Of a stretch of DNA of 64,000 bases, positions 1 to 12,960 are shown one piece after another. Source of the DNA: Chiloscyllium plagiosum (lineage: Eukaryota). The translations under genes and the position numbers were made by a program. The stretch is from NCBI RefSeq assembly GCF_004010195.1, contig NC_057751.1:4239137-4303136 (forward strand). Direction: 5' to 3'. The first letter of the stretch is position 1, and each line of letters starts with the position of its first letter. The notes under the pieces were generated by a model that saw only the letters and a list, made by a program, of their open reading frames with translations, was not told the origin of the DNA and searched no databases.

Positions 1-372
1 GGTTTACAAAATTATGAGGGGCATGGATAGGATAAATAGACAAAGTCTTTTCCCTGGGATCGGGAGTCCAGAACTAGAGGGCATAGGTTTAGGGTGAGAG
101 GGGAAAGATATAAAAGAGACCTAAGGGGCAACATTTTCATGCAGAGGATGGTATGTGTATGGAATGAGCTGCCAGAGGAAGTGCTGTAGGCTGGTACAAT
201 TGCAACATTTATGAGGCATTTGGATGGGTATACGAATAGGAAGGGTTTGGAGGGATATGGGCTGGGTGCTGGCAGGTGGAACTAGATTGGGTTGGGATGT
301 CTGGTCAACACGGACAGGTTGGACCGAAGGGTCTGTTTCCGTGCTGTACATCTCTATGACTCTATGACTCTA
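1..372 (+). mobile_element. CR1 (HER1-like) LINE 3' end
   Basis: End of ORF2 (RTRGH...FFxQRxVxxWNELP) and 3' tail with tandem (ctatgact) repeats. Confidence 0.9.
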
Positions 373-574
373 ATTGAGGGTAATCCTGGATGGTTGGCAA
401 CCAACAATTTGAGAGCGTTGTTTCACCTTGGTGATGGTCTTTGAGATATAATTTAGGCAGCTCTCATGCAAGGAATCTGACTTTTGATTTGTGGGCATAT
501 TCCTGTCCAACTTATACATCTCCTGAGGATGGTTCACAAAATGCTTCTTTCTTTTCCTTTCTCTTGGAGTAAAT

Positions 575-3385
575 ATTACAGAAGAGAAGATTTAACAAAA
601 TATAAAGGCAGATAAATCCCTGAGACCTGATCAGTTGTTTCCCAGAACTTTGTGGGAAGAGATAGCTGAGCCTTTTGCTGAGATAATTGTATCATTGACA
701 GCCATGGGTGAGGTGCTGGAAGATGGGAGGATGGCTAATGCTGTGCTTTTATTTAAGAGCGGCTATGAGAAGCAGCCTGGGAGCTATAGACCAGTGAGTC
801 TGATAGGAGGGGTGAGTAAGGTGTTGGAAGGGATTCTGAGAGACAGAATCTGCATGCATTTGGAGAGGCAAGGACTGATAAGCGATAGTCAGCATGGGAA
901 ACTGAGACTCACAGGCTTGATCGAGTTTTTTGAGGATTTGACCAAGAAGATAGATGAGGGCAGAGCGGTTGACGTTGTTGACGTGGACTTCGGCAAGGAC
1001 TTGGGCAAGGTTCTGCGTGGTAGACTGGATAGTAAAGTTAAATCACCTGGCATCCAGGTGATACCAAATTGGCTCAAAGGTAGAAGGCAGAAGTTGATGG
1101 TGGAGGGTTGGTTTCAGACTGGAGGCCTCGAATAGTGTGCCACAAGGATCGGTGCTGTACCTGCCATTGTTTGTCATTTATACCAATGATTTGGATGAGA
1201 ATATAGAAAGCATGGTTAGTAAGTTTATGGATGACACCAAAATTAATGCTGCAGTGGACAGTGAAGAAGATTATCCAACAAGATCTTGGTCAGATGGGTC
1301 CAGGGGCTGAGGTGTGGCAGATGGAGTTTACTTTAGATAAATGCGAGGCTATGTATTTTGGTAAGATCAACCAGAATAGGACTTAAACAGTTCATGGTAG
1401 GACCCTGGAGAATGTTATCAAACAGAGAGACCTCGGAGTGCAGGTACATCATTCCTTGAAAGTGGCATCACAGGAAGTGAAGGTGTTTGGCTCACTTGCC
1501 TTTATTGGTCAGTGCAAGGATGTCATGTAGCGGTGTACAAGACGTTGGCATGACCACCTTTGGAGTACTGTGTACAGTTCTGGTTGCCCTGCTACAGGAA
1601 GGATATTATTAAATTAGCAATTGTATGCAAACATGTTACTGGGGCTTGGAGGGTTTGATTATAAGGAGAGATTGGATCAACTGAGACTTATTGCCCTGGA
1701 GCTTCCAGGGTAATAGATTATTTTATAAAGGTTTATAAAATCATGAGGGGCATGGGTAACATAAATGACTAAAGTCTTTTCCCTCGGGTAGGTGAGTCCA
1801 TAGCTGAAGGGCATAGGTTTAAGGTGAGAAGGTAAAGAATTAAACGGTACCTGAGGGGCAACTTTTTCTCACAGAGGGTGGTACTGTCTGGAATAGAGGA
1901 ATTGCGAGGTGCAGGTACAGTTCCAACATGTAAAAGATGTTTGGACAGATACATGAATAGGAAAGCTAGGGAGGAGATAGCAGAGCTGTTGGCTTTGATA
2001 TTTGAGTCGTTATTATCTACAGGTTTAGTACCTGAGGACTGGAGGATTGCAAATGTTGTGCCATTGTTCAAGAAGGGCAGTAGAGATGAGCTTAAAAATG
2101 TGTTGCTGGAAAAGCGCAGCAGGTCAGGCAGCATCAAAGGAATCGACGTTTCGGGCATAAGCCCTTCTTCAGGAATCATCAGGCAGTAGAGATGACCCAG
2201 GTAATTATAGACCAGTGCGCCTTAATTCTGTTATAGGAAAGGTTTTGGAAAGTATTATAAGAGATAAGATTTATAATCATCTAGCAAGCAACAATTTGAT
2301 TTTAGATAGTCAACCTGGTTTCGTCAAGGGCAGGTCGTGTCTCACAAACCCCATTGAGGTTTTTGAGAAGGTGACCAAGCATTATAGATGAGGGTGGGCC
2401 AGTTATGTGGTATACATGGACTTCAGTAAAGCCTTTGATAAGGTTCCACATGGGAAGATGATTGAGAAAATGCAGAAGCATGGAATTGAGGGTGATTTAG
2501 CAGTTTGGTTTAGAAACTGGCTTTCTGAAAGAAGGTGGTGGTTGATGGAAAATATTCAGCCTGGAGTCCAGTTACTAGTGGTGTGCCACAAGGATCTGTT
2601 TTGGGACCACTGCTGTTTCTCATTTTTATAAATGACTTAGACGTAGGCATAGGTGGATGGATTAGTAAACTTGCAGGTGATACAAAAGTCGGTGGAGTAG
2701 TGGACAGTGTGGAAGAATGTTACAGGTTGCAGGGGGACTTGGATAAACTGCAGAATTGGGCTGAGAGGTGGCAAATGGAGTTCAATGCAGCTAAATGTGA
2801 GGTGATGCACTTTGGGAAGAATAACAGAAAGGCAGAATACTGGGTCAATGGAAAGATTCTTGGTAGTGTGGATGTGCAGAGCGATCTTGGAGTCTATGTG
2901 CACAGATCCCTGAAAGTTGCTACCCAGGTGGACAGTGCTGCTAAGAAGGCATACGGTGTGTTAGGTTTCATTGGTAGAGGGATTGAGTTCCGGAGCCACA
3001 ATATCATGCTGCAATTATATAAAACGCTGGTGCGGCCACACTTGAAATTTTGTGTACAGTTCTGGTTGCCGTATTTCGGGAAGGATGTGGAAGCATTGGA
3101 AAAGGTGCAGAGGTGGTAAGGACGTGGAATGCACGACCTGCTAATGTAGTCAACTCAGTCACATTAGGGAGATTTAAACAATCCTTAGATAAGCACATGG
3201 ATGATTTTGGGATAGTGTAGGGGGACGAGCTGAGAATAGTTCACAGGTCGGCGCAACATTGAGGGCGGAAGGGCCTGTTCTGCGCTGTCTTGTTCCATGT
3301 TCTATGAAAGTGTTAGAGGGAAATGGGGTTAGTTTAGTCTAGGAAGACTGATCAGCATGGATGAGTTAGACCGTGCTTATGACTT
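575..3385 (+). mobile_element. Degenerate CR1 ORF2 with a second CR1 subfamily copy nested at ~1961-3305
   Basis: RT-like peptides ([25 protein letters not shown]) with frameshifts; host 3' UTR resumes at 3306. Confidence 0.88.
2140..2177 (-). ncRNA. Minimal hammerhead-ribozyme motif (family A), intact core
   Basis: Minus strand: CTGAAGA-A-GGGC-ttat-GCCC-GAAA-CG-TC; stem I weak (2 bp). Confidence 0.65.
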
Positions 3386-4004
3386 TCTATCTCCCATTAT
3401 AGCCAGGAGTCTGTACATTTCTGCTATAGTGACACCATCTTGTGGTAAGAATTTGCTAATTAACATCACTGACCTCAACAGAATTTACTTGGACCAATTT
3501 CTCTTTGGAATTGGCTTATTCTCATATCTGTTCATGCTTGTTCAAATTGTAACTTAGTGTGCCAGTGATGGATGCTGTTAACTGTTCCGAGGTGTTACCC
3601 ACAGCTGAATAACTCGGGCCTCAAATCAAGGCCCGCTTCAGAGATCTCAGTACAGAATGTAGTGACGCCAACTCGGTCCTGAGCAAGTCTAATGTTGTTG
3701 GACACATCACCTTGTTAATGACAGCCCTACCCTCGGTGAATATATCTGATGGTGCCGTTTTGAAAGGATGTCCTGGCCAGTGTTCAAGCGATAGCTTGAA
3801 AAGAGAATGATCTGGTCATTTTCACATTGCTGTTTGTAAGAACTTATCACGTGCCACATTTCCAACCTTACAGCAGCTTCCATACAATCCGAAAGACTGC
3901 AGCATGTCCGTCATGCCAGAATCGTGCCTGAAAGCTTCTGCTGTGTGAAGCTGAGGATAGTCATCTGTGAGAATGGTCCTCCTATGATTGTCCACTCTTT
4001 ACCA

Positions 4005-4388
4005 GCATAGAGTTATAGAGATGTACAGCATGGAAACAGACCCTTCAGTCCAACCCAATCCAGTCCCACCTGCCAGCACCCACCTGCCAGCACTTGGCCC
4101 ATATCCCTCCAAACCCCTTCCTATTCATTTACCCATCCAAATGCCTTTTAAATGTTGCAATTGTACCAGCCTGCAACACTTCCTCTGGCAGCTCATTCCA
4201 TACATGTACCACCCTCTGCGTGAAAATGTTGCCCCTTCGGTCCCTTTTATATTTTTCTTCTCTCACTGTAAACCTATGCCCTCTAGTTCTGGCCTCCCCC
4301 ACCCTAGGGAAAAGACTTTGTCTATTTATCCTATCCATGCCCCTCATAATTTTATAAACCTCTGTAAGGTCACCCCTCAGCCTCCTTA
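4005..4388 (-). mobile_element. CR1 3' fragment
   Basis: ORF 4129-4395(-) 'RLRGDL...RTRGH...WNELPE'. Confidence 0.88.
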
Positions 4389-4538
4389 AATGCATGCAGT
4401 TTATGTTTCATCTACTGTTTAACATGGAGAACCAGTCTAGGAGAAGTTGAGTTTGAGTCTGGGGAAAAACAGAAAAAGGATAAAGTTGTAGAGTTTGTGT
4501 TTTCTGCTGTTAATGTCACTCTTTTCTCTGTGGGGCAG

Positions 4539-4631
4539 GCATTGATTAAGTTCAAGAGTTACCTGTACTTTGAAGAGAAGGACTTTGTGGATAAGGCTGA
4601 GAAGAGCCTGAAACCAGCAACAGGCAGTAAG
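4539..4631 (+). CDS. ASH2L: ASH2L internal coding exon (SPRY region): [31 protein letters not shown]
   Basis: cag|GCA...AAG|gtgag, 93 nt, phase 0-0; peptide matches recalled vertebrate ASH2L '[25 protein letters not shown]'. Upstream exons lie outside the window. Confidence 0.97.
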
Positions 4632-5912
4632 GTGAGATGCCCAGTGAGATGTGATACCCCAAGCCGGTCACACATACATGGCTAAAAGGAGACAAATGCG
4701 AAGGTTTTCACCTTGTGCTCATTGCAACCAGTGCACAAGAAACAGAATTGAGAAAAAGGGACATCATGAGGAGAGGGTGCTGATTGGTCAAGACATTGTG
4801 ATTCAGTCTCAGCAGTTAACTGTCAATCTTTGTCCACAGGGCAGACAGATTCTGATTGGTCAAATTGGGAAAAGGACATTGCGTCCGTACCTAAAGGGAT
4901 CCTGAAGGAAGCTGATCTCTGCTGCCCTATGGCGACAGCTTGACCAATTGTAATCTGCCTGCTGACTCTGAGAATGAAGATTGACAGTTAACTGTCCTGA
5001 TGAAGGGCTGATGCTCGAACTGTTGATTCTTCTGCTTCTTGGATACTGCCTGACCGGCTGTGCTTTTCCAGCACTACACTCTTCAACTCTGGTCTCCAGC
5101 ATCTGCAGTGCTCACTTTCTCCCAGTTAACTGTCCTTGCTGAATCTCCATGTTCCAACCAGTCAGTACCCTCTTCTCATGCTGTATAAATTAGAGGCTGT
5201 TTCTTGGATTCTCATTCTAACAAGCTGAATTCTTGATTACTTGTACCAGTGTCAGTGTTCTGTGCTAACAAGCACTAATTTATATACCAGCCACTGTTGT
5301 AAACCATTCCAGCAAGTTCAGTAACAAAGTATGCAGTTGTTTAACAACATTGAGATTGGAGATTTTTGTTTAAGCAAATGCTAAAGGAGATTGATGAGGT
5401 GGACATGGAACAGATGTTCCACCTTGTGAGACAGCCTTGAAGAAGAGGTCATAGAGTGACAGGGGTGAGGAGAAATGACTTCTCCCATACGGTTGTGAAC
5501 CTGTGGAGCTCTCTGTCCCAGAGCGCAGTGGAGGCAAAATCACTCAACAGATTGAAGGACGAAATAGATGTGTTTCTGATGAAAAGTGGGATACAGGGCA
5601 GTGGGGAGCAGGCAGGACAATGGAGTTGGGACCAGGATAAATTCAGCCAGGATCATGTTATATGGTGGAGTGGGCTCGACTGGCTGAAATGTCTGCTCCC
5701 ACTCCTAATTCCTACATTCCTCTGAGATCAGGCTTGCTCCTCAGATGCTGCCTGAACTGTTGTGCTTTTCCAGCACCACTATACCCCTCCTGACTTATTC
5801 ATTGCAGGGACTGTAAATGGTTGTTTGGTCTGGTTCTTACCCAGTTGGTCTGGAACTAACTGGTCCCTTGACAAAATATTGAAAATGTCTTTTTTTTCCC
5901 CTCCTGATTTAG

Positions 5913-6011
5913 ATGATTTTTTTTAAGAATGGAGATAATGAGGGAACTGCCTATGAAGATGTGTATGCTGGGGTGTACCATCCTGCAATTTCTTTGTACA
6001 AGAACTGCACT
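5913..6011 (+). CDS. ASH2L: ASH2L coding exon: [33 protein letters not shown]
   Basis: Polypyrimidine tract + tag|ATG...ACT|gtaagt, 99 nt, phase 0-0; matches 'IIFYKNG...GVYFPAISLYKSCT'. Confidence 0.96.
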
Positions 6012-6725
6012 GTAAGTATGACCAAGGGAGTTGATGGACTTGCAGCTTTCTCTCAAGGATGTCTTGTCTGGAATGGTTGAGCAATACTCTTTTGGCTCTG
6101 GTGATGTGCTGCTGCTGCATTGAGTGGACAGGGCAGTCCTTGGTCAAGAGCACAGTTCACTCCACCTTGCTATCTCTGCTTGGCACACTCACACCTTTCA
6201 CAGCTTCCATGCATCCTGTCTTTCCTGGTTGAGATTTGCTGAAAAGCTGCCGTGGGGGGGCTCAGACCCCCAGTCTTGATCTCCGGGAAACAGCAACTCT
6301 CCAACCCCGAAGAGCGCTGGGAATTTACTGCAGGGTCTTGGGTCTCGAGAGCCCATTCACCAGTTATCATCCTCATGATGTTGGCAACAAAGGGCAGTTA
6401 GGAGAGAGGCTGTCTGTGGCAGGGTGCCAGAATAAATACTGAGAAACTGCTGTGGGATTTCAGCAGCTAGGTAAACGGGATCTTTGCACTTGTACCGAAA
6501 AGTTTGTTTTACAGTTGGGATTTCACTGGGATTTGTTTGCTGCATTTGAATCCTCTGTCCATCGGAAAAGCAGCGTTGAGTGGAATGTTTGGTCAGGGGT
6601 TTTCAACTGAGAGACTTATTTTCCTGCTGCAGTTGTGGTGAGGGTGGGCGAGGGAGGTGTTCACTCATTGACATGTGTCGAGGGAAAGCATGTGATTCAC
6701 GCTTGGGTCTGATTTTTTTTTTCAG

Positions 6726-6785
6726 GTGTCGATCAATTTCGGGCCAAACTTCAAGTATCCTCCGAAAGACATTCCGTTCAAACCG
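6726..6785 (+). CDS. ASH2L: ASH2L coding exon: VSINFGPNFKYPPKDIPFKP
   Basis: T-tract cag|GTG...CCG|gtatgc, 60 nt; matches 'VSINFGPxFKYPPKD'. Confidence 0.96.
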
Positions 6786-7545
6786 GTATGCTCTTGCTCC
6801 TCCTTTCCTGCACCAACTCCTCCATTCCACCTTTTTACAAAAAAAAGCTGTTCTGGAATCGGAACGCTGATAGGGGTGACCCACCGAAGGGTCGAGATCT
6901 TGCCCTTTGATTCGGAGTCACCTGCCGCAGCGCTTGGTGGGATTTTCAGTGTCAGAGATTTTCCTCACCCTGCCCGGCTCCACCCATAAACTCCTTTCAT
7001 TTCAAAACATATTGAGTGAACGTGAAAACAAGGCTCCTGGCCTTGTGAATGATGCTGACATATGATTGGAACAAACGTTGGGGATATCCCTGGGTGTTCT
7101 GGCCAGTTTCTTACCCTGTTGGCCCACTCCAGGTAAACTATTGGTTTTCCTCACTGCTGTTTGGATGTGGATTAGCCACTTGGCTTCACCCTCTGTCATA
7201 GTCACAAAGTAATCTTTTAAAAATCTGAAGCTCTTTTGAGTCTCCTTGAGGCGTTGTACAAATGCTTTGATGAGCTGTGTTACATTGAGAGAAACTGATA
7301 ATGCAGGAGGTGGCCATTCAGCCTGTCATCTGTGTACTGGCTCCTGATGTCCAAAAGTCCTTATCCTCACGCACCTACCAAATTCTCTTTTCACGTGATT
7401 GATTCCATCAGTTTCCAACTCCTTTTCGGGCCATTCATGTACAGAAGTGCGTCCTGACACAGCCCAAAATCCACTAAGCCCCTGCTGCCGTTTCCAGCAA
7501 CTTCTGCCGTTAACCTGATCGTGTTTGTCTTTGCTTGATGTGCAG

Positions 7546-7653
7546 ATAAGTGACATGGGCTGGTACGCTGTGGTGGAGCACACACTGGCAGATATTCTTT
7601 ACCATGCTGAAGGAGAGGTGGATGGGCGGAGAAGCCCACCCTGGGAGCCCTAA
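7546..7653 (+). CDS. ASH2L: ASH2L last coding exon with DPY30-binding SDI motif: [35 protein letters not shown]
   Basis: tgcag|ATA...TAA (7651-7653); diagnostic C-terminus '[10 protein letters not shown]'. Confidence 0.98.
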   Translation: MSDMGWYAVVEHTLADILYHAEGEVDGRRSPPWEP

Positions 7654-8244
7654 CTCCCTCCGAACAGAGAGATCCCCCCAGCACTCCAGGGGCTGCTGAA
7701 GGAACTGTGTGCAGCGAAGTTTAACACAAATGATACTTGAACCACGAGCAGTCATGATAGGCTCGGACAATCTTGGAGTCACCTCAGACTCATTCCATTG
7801 TACTTGGGTTTCGGTGAGTCGACCCAATCCTGTCGCAAACCAACTCCATACCCAGGTCAGTCAGATGGTGCACAGTGCCAGGCATTACATGGGGCTCTAC
7901 CCCCACCAACCACGTGATTGCCATTTGGAAATGATACATTTGTGAAGCCGAATCACTCCTGCATTTCTCAGCATCTTGACTCGATAGCCATGGCATTTTT
8001 TGAACACAGAAGTTGTTGGTATTCAGACCGCAATGTTCACCAACTGCTGGGTAACAGGGCACTGGCAGCTCAGCTCAGTTCTGTATCAGACCAAGCGATT
8101 ATGTGAGGTGATGCCACATCCGATCAAACAGGCTTCCACAGTGGCAGGTTCACAATCATAGGAAAATGGCCTGGCAAACACCCATCAGACAAAAACCGGG
8201 AGATGGGCTGTCCAGAGCCTTGTATTTTCATGTCTTTATCCTGT

Positions 8245-8250
8245 AATAAA
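8245..8250 (+). terminator. ASH2L: Probable ASH2L polyadenylation signal AATAAA
   Basis: AATAAA ~600 nt after the stop, preceded by TGTA motifs and followed by GT-rich sequence. Confidence 0.7.
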
Positions 8251-8657
8251 AGCTGGAAATAATGTGTGCTGGTTGGACTCCTGAATCAAGTTGCATTGTC
8301 TGTTTCTGTGCTGTCACTCAGGGAGTGGGGTCATGAGACTGGCAAGTTTCTGCTTTCACCGCTGTATATCGGTTTTTTAACCAAAACACTTTTTCAGTTG
8401 TGATCCACTTGGTAACAACCTGCACCTGAAAGTTTTCTTGAACCTCTTCCATGTTTGACCCCGATATCCGAAGCTTTAGCCCAACGAGACAATGTTAGTT
8501 TGTCCATGAGCAAGGGGGCCTAAGCTTCAGAACCCAGCAGCCCCAGAGGTATGTAATAATGTGTCTGAACAACTTGATTCGAAAATACATAAAAAGCAAC
8601 TCAAATTTTAAAACTGGGTTGTGATAATACAATCCCCAACTCGTAATTTCAGAGCCT

Positions 8658-9280
8658 TAGAGATATACACCACGGAAACAGAAACTTCGGTCCAACTCGT
8701 CCACGCCGACCAGATATCCTAAATTCATCCAGTCCAATTTGCCAGCACCCGGCCCATATCCCTCCAACCCCTTCCTATTCATATACCCATCCAAATGCTT
8801 CTTAAATGTTGCAATTGTACCAGCCTCCACCACTTCCTCTGGCAGCTCATTCCATACATGTGTGAAAAAGCTGCCCCTTCGGTCCCCTTTAAATCTGTCC
8901 CCTCTCACCTGAAACGAATGGCTTTTAGTTCTGGACTGCCCCACCCTGGGAAACAGACCTTGTCTTTTTACCCTATCCATTCTCCTCATGATTTTATAAA
9001 CCTCTATAGGGTCACCCCTCAGTCTCCAACGCTCCAGCTTATTCAACCTCTCCCAACAGCTCAAACCCTCCAGCCCTGGCAACATCTAAATCTTTTCTGA
9101 ACCCTTTCAAGTTTTGCAATGTCCTTCCTGTAGGAGTGACACCAGAATTACATGGCGATATTCCAAAAGTGGCCGAACCAATGTCCTGTACAGCTGCAAC
9201 GTGACCTCCCAATTCCTATACTCAATGCACTGACCAGTAAAGGCAAGCATACTGAATGCCTTCTTCACTATCCTATCCCC
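8658..9280 (-). mobile_element. CR1 3' fragment
   Basis: ORFs 8657-9085 and 9107-9316 resemble the CR1 ORF2 C-terminus. Confidence 0.88.
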
Positions 9281-9419
9281 CTGTAATTCCATTTTGTGTT
9301 TCATTTCAATTTCCAAATGTATTTGGGGCTTAACCGTGTTTTTCTATCATCTCTTCCTTCATCTACAAAGTGAAGGTTTGGGAATAATGTCAATTGAAAC
9401 TAATGCCACAGGAAGGAAA

Positions 9420-12400
9420 AAGGATGGAATTCTGAAGGGAGGTTAGAGAGTTAGGCAGGAATTTGAAAAGGAGGTCCTCAAGAGTAGTAATATCTGGATT
9501 AGTCCCGCTTCTACGAGCTCGTGAGGGCAGGAATAGGAGGATAGAGCAGATGAATGCATGGCTGAGGAGCTGGTGTATGGGACAAGGATTCACATTTTTG
9601 GATCATTGGAATCTCTTGGGGTAGAAGTGACCTGTACAAGAAGGACGGATTGCACCTAAAGTAGAAGGGGGCTAATAAAATGGCAGGGAGATTTGCGAGA
9701 GCTGCTCAGGAGGATTTAAACTAGTAAGGTAGGGGTGTGGGACCCAGGGAGATAGTGAGGAAAGGGATCAATCTGAGACTGGTACAGTTGTGAAAAGAAG
9801 CGAGTCAAACAGGCAGGGACAAAGCAGAGATCAAGATAGGACTGATAAATTAAACTGCATTTATTTCAATGCAAGAGATCTAGCAGGGAAGGCAGATGAA
9901 CTCAGGGCATGGTTAGGAAGATGGGAGTGGGATATCATTGCAGTTACAGAAACATGGTTGGACAGGACTGGCAGCTTAATGTTCCAGGATACAAATGCTA
10001 CAGGAAGGACAGTAAGGGGACAAGAGAGGAGAGGGAATGATGTTTTTGTTAATGGATATCATTATAGCTGTGCTTAGGGAGGATATTCATGGGAATACAT
10101 CTTGGGAAGTTACTTGGACGGAATTGTGAAATTAGAAAGGGATGATAACCTTACTGGGATTGGACTGCAGACCTCCCAATAGTTAGCAGGAAATTGAGAA
10201 TCAAATTTGCAAGGATGTTTCAGTTATCTGTAAGAATAATAGTGTGGTTATGGTCGGGGATTGTAACTTTCCAAACACAGACTGGGACTGCCATAGTGTT
10301 AAGGGTTTAGACGGAGAGGAATTTAAGTGTGAACAAGAAAATTTTCTGATTCAGTATGTGGATGTACCTACTAGATAAGGTGCAAAACTTGACCTACTCT
10401 TGGGAAATAAGGCAGCACAGGTGACTGATGTGTCAGTGAGGGGCACTTTGGTGCCAGCAACCATCATTTTATTAGATTTAAAATAGTGATGGAAAAGGAT
10501 AGACCAGATCGAAAAATTAAAATTCTCAATTGGAGGAAGGCTAATTTTGACGGTATTAGGCAAGAGTTTTTGAAAGTTGATTGGGGGCGGACGTTCATAG
10601 GTAAAGGGACGGATGGAAAATGGGAAGCCTTCAGAAATGAGATAATGGGAGTCCAGAATGTTCCTGTTCGGGTGAAAGGAAAGGCTGGTAGGTGTAGGGA
10701 ATGCTGGATGACGAGAGAAATTGAGGATTTGATCAAGACAAAGAAGGAAGCATAGGTCAGGTATAGACAGCAGAGATCCTTAAAGTAGTAATGCAGTAAG
10801 AATACGCAAGAGGGAAATCAGGAGGGCAAAATGGGGGCATGAGATAGCTTTGGCAAGTAGGATTAGGGAGAAGCCAAAGGGTTTTTTATAAATACATTTA
10901 GGGCAAAAGGGTAACTAGGGAGAGAAGAGTAGCTCCCAAAGATCAGCAAGGCAGCCGATGTGTGGAACTGCAGGAGCTGGGGGAGGTACTAAATGAGTAC
11001 TTTGCATTAGTGGAGAATGACATGGAAGATATAGAATGCGTGCAACTACTTGGCAACACCTTCAAAAATTACAAGAGAGGAGGTGCTGCATATCTTAAAA
11101 TTAAGGTGGGTAAATCCCCAGGAAGTGATCAGGTGTACCCTAGAACTCTGTGGGAAGTGAGGAAAGTGATTGCAGGGCCCCTCGCTGAGATAATTGTATC
11201 ATCGATAGTGACAGGTGACGTGCCGGAAGACTGGAAGTTTGCTAATGTGGTGCCACTGTTTAAGAAGGGTGGTAAGGACAAGCCAGGGTACTGTAGACCA
11301 GTGAACCAGACATCAGTGATGGGCAAGTTGTTCGAGGAAATCCTGAGGGACAGGATTTACTCTTATTTGAAAAGGCAAGGGCTGATTAGGGATAGTCAAT
11401 ATGGCTTTATGCACTGGAAATCATGTCTCACAAACTTGGAAATTTTTTAAGAAGTAACAAAGAGAATTGATGACAGCAGAGCAGTGGACATGATCTATAT
11501 GGACTTCAGTAAGGCATTTGACAAGGTTCCTCATGCGAGACTGGTTAGCAAGATTAGATCTCATGGAATAAAGGGAGAACTAGCCATTTGGAGACAGAAC
11601 TGGTTCAAAGGTAGAAGACAGAGGGTGGTGGTAGTGGAGGGTTGTTTTTCAGACTGGAGGCCTGTGACCAATGGAGTGCCACAAGGATTGGTGCTGGGTC
11701 CAACGCTTTTCATCATTTATATAGGTGATTTGGTTATGAATGTGGGAGGTATAGTGAGTAAGTTTGAAGACATTAAAATTGGAGATGTAGTTACAGCGAT
11801 GACGGTTACCTTGGAGTACAACGGGATCTTGATCAGGTGGGCCAAATGGGCCGAGGAGTGGTAGATAGAGTTTAGATAAATGTGAGGTGCTGCATTTTGG
11901 AAAGGCTGGTCAGGGCTGAATTTATGCACTTCATGGTAAGGTCCTCGGGTGTGTTGCTGAACAAAGAGACCTTGGAGTGCAGGTTCATAACTCCTTGAAA
12001 GTGGAGTCGCAGGTAGATAGGATAGTGAAGAAGCCGTTTGGTATGCTTTCCTTTATTGGTCAGAGCATTGTGTACAGGAATTGGGAGGCCATTTTGTCAC
12101 TGTCCAGGACGTTGGTTAGGCAACTGTTGGAATATTATGTGCCATTCTGGTCTCCTTCCTATCAGAAGGATGTTGTGAAATGTGAAAGGGTTCAGAAAAG
12201 ATTTACAATAATGTTGCCAGGGTTGGAGGACTTGAGCAATAAGGAGTTACTGAATATACTGGGGCTGTTTTCCCTGGAGCATTGGAGGTTGAGGGTTGAC
12301 TTTTTCGATGTTTATAAAAACATGAGGGGTATGGATAGGGTAAATTGGACTTCCCTGGGGTGAGGGAGACCAGAACTAGAGGGCATCAGTTTCGGTTGAG

Positions 12401-12646
12401 AGAGGGAGAAATTTAAAGAGGACCTAAGGGGCAACTCAGAGGGCGGTGCGTGTATGGAATGAGCTGCCAGAGGAAGTAGTGGAGGCTGGTACAATGACAA
12501 CATTTAAAAGGCATCTGGATGGGTACATGAATAGGAAGAGTTTAGAAGGATACACGCCAAATGCTGACAAATAGGACTGGATTAGGATAGACTATCTGGC
12601 CAGCATGGATGAGTTGGACCGAAGGGTCTGTTTCCATGTTGTACAT
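9420..12646 (+). mobile_element. Long degenerate CR1: end of ORF1 (SGNH esterase-like), APE endonuclease and RT of ORF2, 3' tail
   Basis: MNAWLRSWC/LDHW/DGLHL (ORF1 esterase), NCIYFNAR/IIAVTETWL/GDxNFP (APE), RT motifs; many stops and frameshifts. Confidence 0.9.
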
Positions 12647-12960
12647 TTAGATTACTTACAGTGTGGAAACAGGCCCTTCGGCTCAACCAGTCCACACCGT
12701 CCCGCCGAAGCGTAACCCACCCAGACCCATTCTCCTACATTTACCTCTTCACCGAACACTACGGGCAATTTAGCATGGCCAATTCACCTAACCTGCACAT
12801 TTTTTGGACTGTGGGAGGAAACGGAGCACCCGGCGGAAACCCACGCAGACACGGGGAGAATGTGCAAACTCCAGACAGAGAGTCGCCTGAGGCAGGAATT
12901 GAACCCGGGTCTCTGGCGCTGTGGGGCAGCAGTGCTAACCACTGTGCCACCGTGCCGCCC
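12647..12960 (-). mobile_element. Near full-length tRNA-derived V-SINE (HE1-like)
   Basis: tRNA-like head (ggcacggtggcacagtggttagc...gggttcaattcc), V-domain, CR1-like tail; 'acattt' repeated at both ends. Confidence 0.9.

Noticed and set aside
12880..12960. tRNA-like sequence with A and B boxes (also at other SINE heads)
   Set aside because: Head of a tRNA-derived V-SINE, not a tRNA gene.
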